Origin: Woeseiaceae bacterium
GTDB lineage: Bacteria > Pseudomonadota > Gammaproteobacteria > Steroidobacterales > Woeseiaceae
Direction of reading: 5' to 3'
Length of the DNA: 48,782 nt
Assembly (NCBI GenBank): GCA_028277265.1
Contig: JANQGP010000213.1
Coordinates: 1-48,782, forward strand
Below, in pieces: positions 18,746 to 27,255 of the stretch. A program made the position numbers and the translations under genes. Within the stretch, counting starts at the first letter, position 1. Each line of letters starts with the position of its first letter. The notes beneath the pieces were generated by a model, which was not told where the DNA came from, made no database searches, and was given only the letters and a program-made list of their open reading frames with translations.

Positions 18746-19318
18746 ATGCACAAGATCGTAATTTCCGCCCAGGACCTGCTCGAGGACTCCATCGAACTCG
18801 GAATCCGTATTCTCGACAGCGGATTCGAACCGACCATGATCATCGCGATCTGGCGCGGCGGAACCCCGGTCGGCATGGCGCTGCAGGAAACGCTGTCCTA
18901 CTGCGGCCTGGCATCCGACCACATCGCGATACGAACGTCGTCATACACGGGAATCGACCAGCGAGGCCACGTCGCCGTGCACGGTCTGAACTACATCATC
19001 AAGAAGATCAACTACGACGATCGTGTGCTCATCGTCGACGATGTCTTCGACACGGGCAACACGATCAAGGCCGTTATCGAGGAATTGACGCGGCGGGCTC
19101 GCGACAACACACCCGAGGATATCCGAGTCGCGGTGCCGTGGTTCAAGCCGAGCCGTAACGAGACGGACCTGACGCCGGAATACTACCTCCACAAGACCGA
19201 GGAGTGGCTGGTCTTCCCGCACGAGCTCGATGCGCTGTCGCCCGAAGAGCTACAGGAACACCGACCCGAAATCGCCGAGATCGTGCATCGGGTCAGGTCG
19301 CCGAAGCTATCGGCCTGA
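18746..19318 (+). CDS. Gpt-like purine phosphoribosyltransferase, paralog 2
   Basis: 190 aa. Aligns along its whole length with paralog 1 (ISAQDLLEDSIELG, IWRGGTPVG, DHIAIRTSSYTG, LIVDDVFDTGNT, WLVFPHEL). Transcribed divergently from paralog 1. Confidence 0.75.
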   Translation: MHKIVISAQDLLEDSIELGIRILDSGFEPTMIIAIWRGGTPVGMALQETLSYCGLASDHIAIRTSSYTGIDQRGHVAVHGLNYIIKKINYDDRVLIVDDVFDTGNTIKAVIEELTRRARDNTPEDIRVAVPWFKPSRNETDLTPEYYLHKTEEWLVFPHELDALSPEELQEHRPEIAEIVHRVRSPKLSA

Positions 19319-19321
19319 ATC

Positions 19322-19891
19322 ATGCGGCGCGTTTGCGTTTACTGCGGCTCGAGTACGGGAAAGCGCCAGGAATACGCGGATGCCGCAACCGAGCTGGCGG
19401 ACGTGCTGGTTCGCCACGAACTCGAACTGGTTTACGGCGGAGCCGACAAGGGCATCATGGGCATCATCGCCGATGCGGTGCTCGAGCTGGGCGGCAAAGT
19501 GCACGGCGTCATTCCCGGGATGCTTACCGAAAAGGAAATCGCGCACCGGGGACTGACGGAACTGCATGTCGTCGCGTCGATGCACGAGCGCAAGACGATG
19601 ATGGCCGCGCTCTCCGACGGCTTCATCGCCATGCCGGGAGGGTACGGCACGCTCGAGGAGATCATCGAGATCATCACCTGGGGACAGCTGCGCTTTCACG
19701 ACAAGCCTTGCGGCCTGCTGAACACGGGCGGTTTCTTCGATCACCTGCTGGCGTACCTCGACCATGCCAGCAAGGAGGGCTTTCTGCGTCCTGAGAATCG
19801 GAACATGCTGCTGGTCGATAGTGATCCGGCCGGACTGATACAGCGGTTCGAGCGTTATACCGCGCCAAACGTCGAGAAGTGGACCGCCTGA
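19322..19891 (+). CDS. LOG-family nucleotide 5'-monophosphate phosphoribohydrolase (TIGR00730-type)
   Basis: 189 aa. Motifs VCVYCGSS, VYGGADKGIMG and the signature PGGYGTLEE. Starts 3 nt after PRTase paralog 2. Confidence 0.88.
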   Translation: MRRVCVYCGSSTGKRQEYADAATELADVLVRHELELVYGGADKGIMGIIADAVLELGGKVHGVIPGMLTEKEIAHRGLTELHVVASMHERKTMMAALSDGFIAMPGGYGTLEEIIEIITWGQLRFHDKPCGLLNTGGFFDHLLAYLDHASKEGFLRPENRNMLLVDSDPAGLIQRFERYTAPNVEKWTA

Positions 19892-19892
19892 C

Positions 19893-21059
19893 CTAGCGGA
19901 ATTCGAGTTTCAGTTGTCCGGATACCGGCGCGCGCAGGTTTTGTGCGTGCAGCGTATAGCCGATGTTGCACCGTTGTCCGGTAAGTTCCCCGGCGACGCA
20001 AAGGCGGAGCGGCATCGACAACACGTCGACGGGTTCGCCCGCCGGAATGTCGCCGATCTTGCAGCTGACCTCGAACGTCTTCTCGCGGACCGTGACGGAC
20101 GGGTAGGCCGCGATCTCGTCGGGCGAGCGCTCGGCGAAGTGCCCGTTGACCGGTCGCTTCGGCAAAGCCGTGGCGACGTAAAGCGACTCGTGGTTCGGCA
20201 GCGTCAGCGTCAACGACGCATCGCGGATCTCCTCGGCACCCTGGTGAAAAACGACGATGCGCAGGTGCTGCGCGTTCTGCTCGAAAAGGAAGAAGTCGTC
20301 CTGTTCGCTGTACTTGCTCCGAATTTGCTCGAGCTCTGCCAGGAGTTCCGCCGGTGTTCTCGCCACGTACGGATCGTCGGAACCGTAAAGACGGGCATGG
20401 GTCAGTCGAACGAGCGTCGTCGTCGCGCCGGAGTTGGCCGCGTCCTCGCGAATGTCGAGCATCTGTTCGAGCTTGGCGGAGGCCTGGGCCGACGGCATCT
20501 GCAAGAGATCGCAGGTCGGTACTTCGAGAGCCTTGTGAATGATCTCGCCGGGGAACCCGATCTCGATGTCGCCCGCAGACACCGAATCGCGGAACTTGCG
20601 CTCGAACAGTTCCTGGAGCTGCCGGCGGCCCAGCTTTACGATCGTCCGTTTGATGCGCGTGTAAGCATCGCCGCGCCGCAACTTCTCCGAGTAGTCGACG
20701 CGCATCATGTAGGGACGGTCCTGGCAGTCGCCGATGTCGAATACACCGACCCGGGTACCGTCTATCGAGACCGGTTTGTAGCGCAGCCGAATCGGGGGTT
20801 CGATGTACTGGTTCGCGAGTGCCTGATACGAGGGCGTGCCCGAGAAGTCCGTCGAGTCGACTCCGTGACGGCATCTCGCGCCGCTATCATCGAAATAAAC
20901 GCCAACGACAATGAAGCGATGGCCTTCAACCGACGCGTTGGCGAGCGCCAGAACGTCGCGCAGGAATTCGCCGGTACCGGTCTTTCCGTAAGATTTCTTG
21001 CGGAAAACGACTCCGGATTGAGGCATCGTACCCTGGGCTATTTTGAGCAGACGATCCAT
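19893..21059 (-). CDS. AlbA_2 (Schlafen-like) N-terminal domain protein with an unassigned C-terminal domain
   Basis: 388 aa. The N-terminal ~130 aa (VVFRKKSYG...EFLRDVLALANASVEGHRFIVVGV...RVGVFDI) fit the AlbA_2 pattern (EFK...LkxIxAfaNtxGGxlxiGV). The C-terminal ~250 aa are unrecognised. Confidence 0.5.
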   Translation of the reverse strand: MDRLLKIAQGTMPQSGVVFRKKSYGKTGTGEFLRDVLALANASVEGHRFIVVGVYFDDSGARCRHGVDSTDFSGTPSYQALANQYIEPPIRLRYKPVSIDGTRVGVFDIGDCQDRPYMMRVDYSEKLRRGDAYTRIKRTIVKLGRRQLQELFERKFRDSVSAGDIEIGFPGEIIHKALEVPTCDLLQMPSAQASAKLEQMLDIREDAANSGATTTLVRLTHARLYGSDDPYVARTPAELLAELEQIRSKYSEQDDFFLFEQNAQHLRIVVFHQGAEEIRDASLTLTLPNHESLYVATALPKRPVNGHFAERSPDEIAAYPSVTVREKTFEVSCKIGDIPAGEPVDVLSMPLRLCVAGELTGQRCNIGYTLHAQNLRAPVSGQLKLEFR

Positions 21060-21149
21060 AGCAGCATAATCTTCGCCTGGTTATGTTCAAAAGACCGCGA
21101 CCTGATCGACACTTCGGGCACGCGCACACGAGAAGAAGGGGCGAGATCG

Positions 21150-21521
21150 ATGAAACGTTGGGTGGGTCGGTGGATCATGTTCGTTGGCGCGACACACTGC
21201 GTGTTTGGTGCGTTCGTCTTCTTTGAGCCCCTTTCGGGGATACTGCGCGATGGCCTGTGGAATGCCGTGAGCGGGTACCCGGGACGGCCCCTGGCGTTCT
21301 GGTTCGAATTGCTCGGTATATTGATGGTTCTGTTCGGCGCGACGATCGACCAGCTGGAAAAGAACCAGCAGGCAATTCCGAGGTACATCGCTGTCGGCTT
21401 TGCTTTCCTGACTGCACTGGCTATCGTCGCGATCCCTGCGAGCGGCGGCTGGCTCATGCTGCCGAGTGCCGTTGGTCTGTTCCTGGAGAAAGCTGACGTA
21501 CCCGGGCAGAACGGCCGCTGA
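21150..21521 (+). CDS. small membrane protein (about 4 TM)
   Basis: Only the last 123 codons of ORF 19914-21521 are used, starting at ATG 21150 (MKRWVGRWIMFVGATHCVFGAFVFF) after the purine-rich GAAGAAGGGG. The upstream part of that ORF is antisense to the AlbA_2 gene. Confidence 0.6.
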   Translation: MKRWVGRWIMFVGATHCVFGAFVFFEPLSGILRDGLWNAVSGYPGRPLAFWFELLGILMVLFGATIDQLEKNQQAIPRYIAVGFAFLTALAIVAIPASGGWLMLPSAVGLFLEKADVPGQNGR

Positions 21522-21529
21522 CATCTCCG

Positions 21530-22603
21530 ATGCCGGTTTACAGCTGCGGGCGTATTGGTGACACTGCCCGAATGACACCCCGCAAGACCTCGCTATCGGC
21601 CATTGCTGTCGCGCCGCCCATGGCGGATCCGGCCGACGTCGCGGCACAGGTACGGGCCGAGTTTGGCCTGGCCGGAGACTTCGTGTCCCTGGTCAGCGAA
21701 CGTGACCAGAATTTTCGCCTGACAACCCGGGATGGCCCCCGCTTTGTCGTGAAAGTGACGAGTTCTCTAGAGGAAAGCGCCGTCACCGATTTCCAGATCG
21801 AGGCATTGCTGCACCTGGAGTGCGAGCCGAGCCTGCCCTTGCCGCGGGTCGTGCGTACGATCAAGGGCGAGAGCTCGGCGTCGATCGATGTCGGCGGCAC
21901 GGCGTGTCGCCTGCGCGTTGTCGAATTCGTCGAGGGACAGCCGCTCGTCGACCTCGACGTTTCGCCCGACCTCGCCGGGCGATTCGGCAATGCACTGGCA
22001 ACACTCGATTGTGCGCTCGAGGGGTTTTCACACCCCGGGCAGACCCCGTTGCTGCTGTGGGACATGCAACGAACCGGCGAAGTCCGACACCTGCTGGATT
22101 TCATTGCTGACGAGACGCTGCGCAATCGGGTCGAGACCGTCATTGACGACTTCGACGTGCGTATCGCTCCCGGTATGGATAACCTGCGCGCGCAGGTCAT
22201 CCACTCGGATGCCAACCCGGAGAACGTCCTGCTTTGTGACGGCGGCATCGGCTTCATCGACTTCGGCGACATGATGAGGGCGCCGGTCGTTTTTGAAGTT
22301 GCGATCGCCGCGTCCTACCTGCGTGCAGCGGATCCGCTCGAGCTCGTCGTACCTTTCGTCGCCGCGTACCACGACACATTGCCGTTGCAGAAAGGCGAAC
22401 TGCGCTTGCTGTTCGACCTCGTCCGGGCACGCCTCGCGACGTCGATTACCCTGTTGTTCTGGCGACTGCGCGAACGAGAGGCCGATGACGAGTATCGCAA
22501 CAAGCTGCTCGCGACCGAGAAGGACGCCATCGCGTTCCTGATCGCGCTGGACGAACTCGGCCGCGAGCGGTTCCTGGCGGCGTTCGATCAGTTGTTGTCG
22601 TAA
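21530..22603 (+). CDS. aminoglycoside/hydroxylysine-kinase-type phosphotransferase (APH family)
   Basis: Catalytic loop VIHSDANPENVLL and metal-binding IDFGD. The N-terminal lobe has FVVKV. The true start may be ATG 21572 (MTPRKTS). Confidence 0.75.
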   Translation: MPVYSCGRIGDTARMTPRKTSLSAIAVAPPMADPADVAAQVRAEFGLAGDFVSLVSERDQNFRLTTRDGPRFVVKVTSSLEESAVTDFQIEALLHLECEPSLPLPRVVRTIKGESSASIDVGGTACRLRVVEFVEGQPLVDLDVSPDLAGRFGNALATLDCALEGFSHPGQTPLLLWDMQRTGEVRHLLDFIADETLRNRVETVIDDFDVRIAPGMDNLRAQVIHSDANPENVLLCDGGIGFIDFGDMMRAPVVFEVAIAASYLRAADPLELVVPFVAAYHDTLPLQKGELRLLFDLVRARLATSITLLFWRLREREADDEYRNKLLATEKDAIAFLIALDELGRERFLAAFDQLLS

Positions 22604-23061
22604 GGATTGAAGCCTGACTCGGCCGGCGGTGCGTCGTCTTCAGTGTCGCCTTCGACGTTGAGGAGTTGCTTCAGCATCTGCGTACTCACGAGCGAAAGCT
22701 CTTCTTCGTCGCCTCCCGCTTCGTCGAACGTCGGCGCGTCTTCGCTCGCGAGGCTGACTTCGCGGTCGCTGACGTCGGCTGCACTGTCGAGCGCCGCCAT
22801 CAGGTCATCATCGTCGATGATCTGAAAGCGGTCGTCCGCCGCATTGTGCGCGAGAATACCGTCTTTCTTCGCAGCGACTTTCGCGATGCGGTCCTTCGCT
22901 CGCTGACCGTCGGCCGCGATCATTTGCTCGAGGCGCTCCGTCGACAGGAGTTCGAGCTCGGTGTTCTCGATCGGCACGTTCCATACGGTTCTGCCTCGAT
23001 CGTCGGTGACGCATTTGTTCTTGCGCACCAGCCGGATGGTCTTTTTGAGGTCGTCGGACAT
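22588..23061 (-). CDS. hypothetical acidic protein
   Basis: Start taken at ATG 23061 (MSDDLKKTIRLV); the ORF-track start is 23082. It has a basic N-terminal ~60 aa and a very acidic C-terminal half (DDDDL, GGDEEEL, EGDTEDD). Its 3' end overlaps the convergent APH gene by 16 nt. Confidence 0.5.
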   Translation of the reverse strand: MSDDLKKTIRLVRKNKCVTDDRGRTVWNVPIENTELELLSTERLEQMIAADGQRAKDRIAKVAAKKDGILAHNAADDRFQIIDDDDLMAALDSAADVSDREVSLASEDAPTFDEAGGDEEELSLVSTQMLKQLLNVEGDTEDDAPPAESGFNPYDNN

Positions 23062-23224
23062 GGCATGCGGGCAGTTTGACAATAATCCTACCGAGTATAC
23101 GCCTATAAACCGCTATCGGCCGCAGGCGCCGGAGCTGAAGTGTGCAAGCTGAGAAACAGTTCCGCGAATCAAAAGCTTACGCCGGATAGTATGGACGGCG
23201 GATTCAGTTAAACAGCGCCTATCG

Positions 23225-25180
23225 ATGAATCTGAACGTCGCCATTGCCGGAGTGCTGATTTTCGCGGCCGCGTGCTATGCGCTGCTCGGCCTTCGTCTCG
23301 TCGTTCTCAGACGTGACGTCGGTACCGTCCCGATCGGGGTGTTGTTCATCGTCGTCGGCCTGTGGGTGGTCGGTGGCGGCATCGAGCTCCTGTCGACGAC
23401 TTTTCTCGGCTTTTCAATCGGCCGGACCGGCCATTTCGTCGGCACCGCGCTCGTGCCCATCGTCGCGTACGTGTGCTTTCGCGAATACACGGGTACGGAG
23501 ACCTCGGCGACCCGACTCGCCCTGCTGAGCTTCATCCCCGTGGCGTCGATCGGTCTGGCGGCAACCAATTTCCATCACGAATTCATGTGGTACGCGCCTT
23601 TCGCCAACGAGGCCGGTGAGTTCCTGACCCGCCCGACGGACTGGGGGCCGTGGTTCCTGTTCGTCCACCTGCCGTACAGCTATCTTTTGATGGGCACGGC
23701 GCTCTTCACACTCATCTCGCACAGTTCCGCCGTCGCCCCGGCCCACCGCCGCGGGTTGTTCCTGCTGGCCGCGGCCTGTGTCCTGCCGATTTGCGCGACC
23801 GTTGCTTACGATCTCGGCGTCGGTCCGAATACCATTTCCTATGTCCCGCTCGTATTCGCGGCGATGTTGCCTGTCTACGCATGGCTGATCGTCGGTGAGC
23901 AGATCATCGAATTCACGCCACTCGCCTACGAAACCGTATTCCAGAACATGCAGGACCCGGTCGTTGTCATCGACGATCACCGCCGCGTCATTGGGCTGAA
24001 TCACACTGCGGAGAGCATGCTGTCGATTGACGGGGCGAAGGCGCTCCGCACCCCGCTCGAGGAGTTGTTCGGTACAGGTGCGCACGAAGTCTATGAAGCA
24101 CTGGAAACCGGCGAGCCCCAGAGGTTGCTGACCGATACGGGGCGTTTCCTGCACGTGCAGGTGTCGAAGATCGATACACACCGTACCTCGGCGCGAGGCG
24201 GGCAGGTGCTGATGTTCCGTGACGTCAGCGATGTCGAAAGGGCTCAGAGCGAGGTGCGCAAGAGTGAAAAGCTGTTACGCACGCTCATCGACCACTCTGT
24301 CAACGGTGTCGTTCGCTTCCGCTGGTCCGACGATTCGGTGGGCGAACGCAAGCTGCGCAGCATTTTTGCCAACCCCGCCGCGGGCAAATTCCTCGGTTCG
24401 GGTGTCGACGACATCGTAGATTGTTCGGCAACCCAGATCATGCGCCTGGCCGTCACGGGAATGGGCGATCAGGAGGCAACCAGCCTTGTCGACCGTTTCG
24501 CGACGTCGGCTGCAAGTAGCGAAGTGCTGGACGTCGAGGTCCGGCAGCGAAGCGCCGGCATGCCCTTGCGCTGGCTGCGAGTCATCTGTGAGCCTGTCGG
24601 TGACGACATCGCGGCGACCTTCATCGACATCACGGATCGTAAAGCAAAGGAGCGGCATATGAACTCGATCGCGATGTCCGATCCGCTGACCGGCGTGCTC
24701 AATCGTCGCGGTTTCGAGCGACGTGCATCGAAACGCCTGAGCCAGAGTGACGACGATGCGACCGGTGCACTGCTGTTCATCGACCTCAACGAGTTCAAGG
24801 GCGTCAATGACCGGTTCGGCCACGAGGTTGGCGACCAGCTGTTGAAGATCTCGGCGGAACGCCTGCGCACGAGCCTGCGTACCCGTGACATCATCGGACG
24901 TCCGGGTGGTGACGAATTCGTCGCGCTCGTGCCGGATGTCGATCAAGAGACCGCCGAGGAACTCGCCAGGCGACTGACAAGCGCGTTGGAGGCGCCTTAC
25001 AACATCGCCGGTCGGGAACTCGTGTGCGTGGCGAGCATCGGTCTCGCATTGTATCCGGACAACGCCAACACGCTGACGGGGCTCCTGCGAGAAGCCGACC
25101 AGGCGATGTACCGCGCCAAGGCCCGTTCCCGCGGCGTCAATGACATCAGCGGCAGCGATCTCCTCGAGAAGGCGATGTAA
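23225..25180 (+). CDS. membrane-bound diguanylate cyclase (7TM N-domain, PAS-like repeats, GGDEF)
   Basis: 651 aa. About 7 N-terminal TM helices and two PAS-like segments. The GGDEF domain has active site RPGGDEFVAL and an intact I-site RTRD five residues upstream. Confidence 0.88.
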   Translation: MNLNVAIAGVLIFAAACYALLGLRLVVLRRDVGTVPIGVLFIVVGLWVVGGGIELLSTTFLGFSIGRTGHFVGTALVPIVAYVCFREYTGTETSATRLALLSFIPVASIGLAATNFHHEFMWYAPFANEAGEFLTRPTDWGPWFLFVHLPYSYLLMGTALFTLISHSSAVAPAHRRGLFLLAAACVLPICATVAYDLGVGPNTISYVPLVFAAMLPVYAWLIVGEQIIEFTPLAYETVFQNMQDPVVVIDDHRRVIGLNHTAESMLSIDGAKALRTPLEELFGTGAHEVYEALETGEPQRLLTDTGRFLHVQVSKIDTHRTSARGGQVLMFRDVSDVERAQSEVRKSEKLLRTLIDHSVNGVVRFRWSDDSVGERKLRSIFANPAAGKFLGSGVDDIVDCSATQIMRLAVTGMGDQEATSLVDRFATSAASSEVLDVEVRQRSAGMPLRWLRVICEPVGDDIAATFIDITDRKAKERHMNSIAMSDPLTGVLNRRGFERRASKRLSQSDDDATGALLFIDLNEFKGVNDRFGHEVGDQLLKISAERLRTSLRTRDIIGRPGGDEFVALVPDVDQETAEELARRLTSALEAPYNIAGRELVCVASIGLALYPDNANTLTGLLREADQAMYRAKARSRGVNDISGSDLLEKAM

Positions 25181-25228
25181 TAGATTCGGCCGAATCCCGG
25201 TCATTTACCCAAATACCGGAGATTCGCT

Positions 25229-25903
25229 ATGCCCCGTTACCTGATTCCCGCCGCGCTGGCCCTCGTCCTGGCTTTCAGCCTGGTCTGCAGCGTCGCCATT
25301 CGCCAGGGCCACGCCGATGTGCCGATTGCGGCGTCGGCCGACGACGTACAACCACTGACCGCCGGCGATCCTGCCCCACGTTTCATTGTGCGCACGGTCG
25401 AAGGCAAACCGTTCGACTTCAATCCGAAAGAGCTCGAGGCCCCGGTCGTCCTGCTCAGTTTTCGGGGCGGCTGGTGCCCGTTCTGCAATATGCACCTGTC
25501 CGACGTACGTCATGTCATTCCCGAGATTCGCGAGCTCGGCATCGACGTGCTGTTCCTGAGCGGCGATGGACCCGCACAGCTCTATGAGAGTCTCGAAGCC
25601 GGTACGAAGGACGACATCGCCGCACTCGACTATACGATTCTTTCCGACGGCGACGCGCAGGCGGCCATAGCGCTCGGCATTGCCTTCAAGGCATCCGAGC
25701 GCACGATACGCCGACGCCATGAAAAGGGGCAGAACATCATGGGCTCGTCGATGGCGAAGAAAGGCGTGCTACCTGTGCCGGCGGTGTTTGCCGTAGACAC
25801 CGACGGAATGATCGCTTTCAGTTACGTCAATCCGGACTACAAGACACGCTTGCCCGGCGACGAACTCCTCGCAGTCGCGAAACGGATTTCTGCTGCAGAC
25901 TAA
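25229..25903 (+). CDS. secreted thioredoxin-fold redoxin (AhpC/TSA-like)
   Basis: Signal peptide (MPRYLIPAALALVLAFSLVCS). The redox motif GGWCPFCNMHL is typical of peroxiredoxin-like/redoxin proteins. Confidence 0.7.
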   Translation: MPRYLIPAALALVLAFSLVCSVAIRQGHADVPIAASADDVQPLTAGDPAPRFIVRTVEGKPFDFNPKELEAPVVLLSFRGGWCPFCNMHLSDVRHVIPEIRELGIDVLFLSGDGPAQLYESLEAGTKDDIAALDYTILSDGDAQAAIALGIAFKASERTIRRRHEKGQNIMGSSMAKKGVLPVPAVFAVDTDGMIAFSYVNPDYKTRLPGDELLAVAKRISAAD

Positions 25904-25959
25904 GACGCGCAAATGGTAGGCTTCGGGCTCCGATTTCAGGCACGGAGCAAGAGCGGCCG

Positions 25960-27255
25960 ATGAGCGAATCCCGGCAAGCGGGGACGCTGCAGCGCGTCTT
26001 CAAGTCCGCGGCGAACGTGGAGCCGAATGAGATCCGGGCGACGGTGCTGTCGTTCCTCTGGGTATTCTTCGTCATGTGTGCCTGGTATATCCTCCGACCC
26101 GTCAGGGACTCCCTGTCGTCGGACTGGACCAACGAGCAGTTGAGCTGGTTGTGGACGTCGACGTTCTTCTTCAGCGCACTGGCGGTCAGTATCTACGGGG
26201 CCGTCATATCGCGTGTCCGGTTCAATCTCATCGTGCCGAGCGTCTACGTGTTCTTTGCGCTCTCGTTCATCGGTTTTTATATTGCGGGCGCCACGATGAG
26301 CGGGAACGACATCGTCAACCGCATCTACTACGTGTGGACGAGCGTGTTCGGTCTGTTCCACCTGTCCGTCTTCTGGACTTTCATGTCGGGGCTTTACAAC
26401 AGTCGACAGGCCGAGCGTCTTTTCGGTGTGATCGCCGTCGGCGCCACGACCGGGGCGATAGCCGGCCCCGCGTTCGTCAGCGCGTTCGCCGACAACATCG
26501 GATCGCTGAACATGTTGTTCGTCAGCGCCGTGCTGCTATTGACGCCCCTCCCGATCATGGTCGCACTCAACAAGTTGCGTTCCGCGGCGCTCGGGAATCC
26601 GGACACCGCCAGGGATCTCGTCCGGGACGACCGGCTTGGCGCGAACCCGTTCTCCGGCTTCAAGGAATTCGTCGGCAGCCCGTACTTGCTCTGGATCGGT
26701 GTGTTCATCCTGCTGTACGTAACGATGAGCACTTTCCTGTACTACGAGATTCGCAAGCCGCTGGGCGATCTCGACCAGGTCCGCCGGTCGCAAATCTGGG
26801 CCAATATCGATCTCGCGGTGAATCTGCTGGCGGCAGTGACTGCATTGTTTGCGACGGGTCGGCTTGCGACGAAAGCCGGCATGCCGAGAACGCTCGCGCT
26901 CGTCCCGGCCATCATGATCGTGGCGTGGACCGTCGTCTCCGTCAATCCGACGGCACTGACCCTGTTTGTCGTGCAGGTAGTTCGCCGCGCAGGCAACTAT
27001 GCGATCACACGCCCGGCGCGCGAGATGCTGTTTACGCTCGTCGACTCCGAAAAACGCTACAAGGCCAAGCCGGTCATCGATACCGTGGTCTACCGGGGAG
27101 GTGACGTCATGACGGCATGGTTCTATACCGGCATCGTCGGTGCGTTCGGACTTACCCTGACGGGTGTCGCGGCCGTCGGTGCCGTGATCGCCGCGGTCTG
27201 GGTGGCCGTCGGCATCGTACTCGGCCGCAAATACAACCAGGGCGGGGAGCTGTGA
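25960..27255 (+). CDS. MFS-type transporter related to the TLC/Npt nucleotide-translocase family
   Basis: 431 aa with about 12 TM helices. The N-terminal FLWVFFVMCAWYILRPVRDSL matches the conserved YILKPVRDSL segment I recall from TLC-like MFS proteins of free-living bacteria. Substrate unknown. Confidence 0.55.
   Translation: MSESRQAGTLQRVFKSAANVEPNEIRATVLSFLWVFFVMCAWYILRPVRDSLSSDWTNEQLSWLWTSTFFFSALAVSIYGAVISRVRFNLIVPSVYVFFALSFIGFYIAGATMSGNDIVNRIYYVWTSVFGLFHLSVFWTFMSGLYNSRQAERLFGVIAVGATTGAIAGPAFVSAFADNIGSLNMLFVSAVLLLTPLPIMVALNKLRSAALGNPDTARDLVRDDRLGANPFSGFKEFVGSPYLLWIGVFILLYVTMSTFLYYEIRKPLGDLDQVRRSQIWANIDLAVNLLAAVTALFATGRLATKAGMPRTLALVPAIMIVAWTVVSVNPTALTLFVVQVVRRAGNYAITRPAREMLFTLVDSEKRYKAKPVIDTVVYRGGDVMTAWFYTGIVGAFGLTLTGVAAVGAVIAAVWVAVGIVLGRKYNQGGEL

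Noticed and set aside
18821-18832. GGATTCGAACCG, which resembles a tRNA T-arm/T-loop.
   Set aside because: It lies inside the PRTase paralog 2 coding frame (DSGFEPT). There is no flanking acceptor or anticodon-arm complementarity, so it is not a tRNA.
19914-21149. The N-terminal 412 codons of the 535-aa ORF 19914-21521.
   Set aside because: This part is antisense to the AlbA_2-like gene and has shadow-ORF composition. Only the last 123 codons (from ATG 21150, hydrophobic, preceded by a purine-rich RBS-like run) look like a real gene.
25184-25195. ATTCGGCCGAAT, a 12-bp perfect palindrome just after the diguanylate cyclase stop.
   Set aside because: It is too short and loop-less to be a convincing intrinsic terminator. 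There is no second copy and no associated regulator, so I note it only as a possible chance palindrome.
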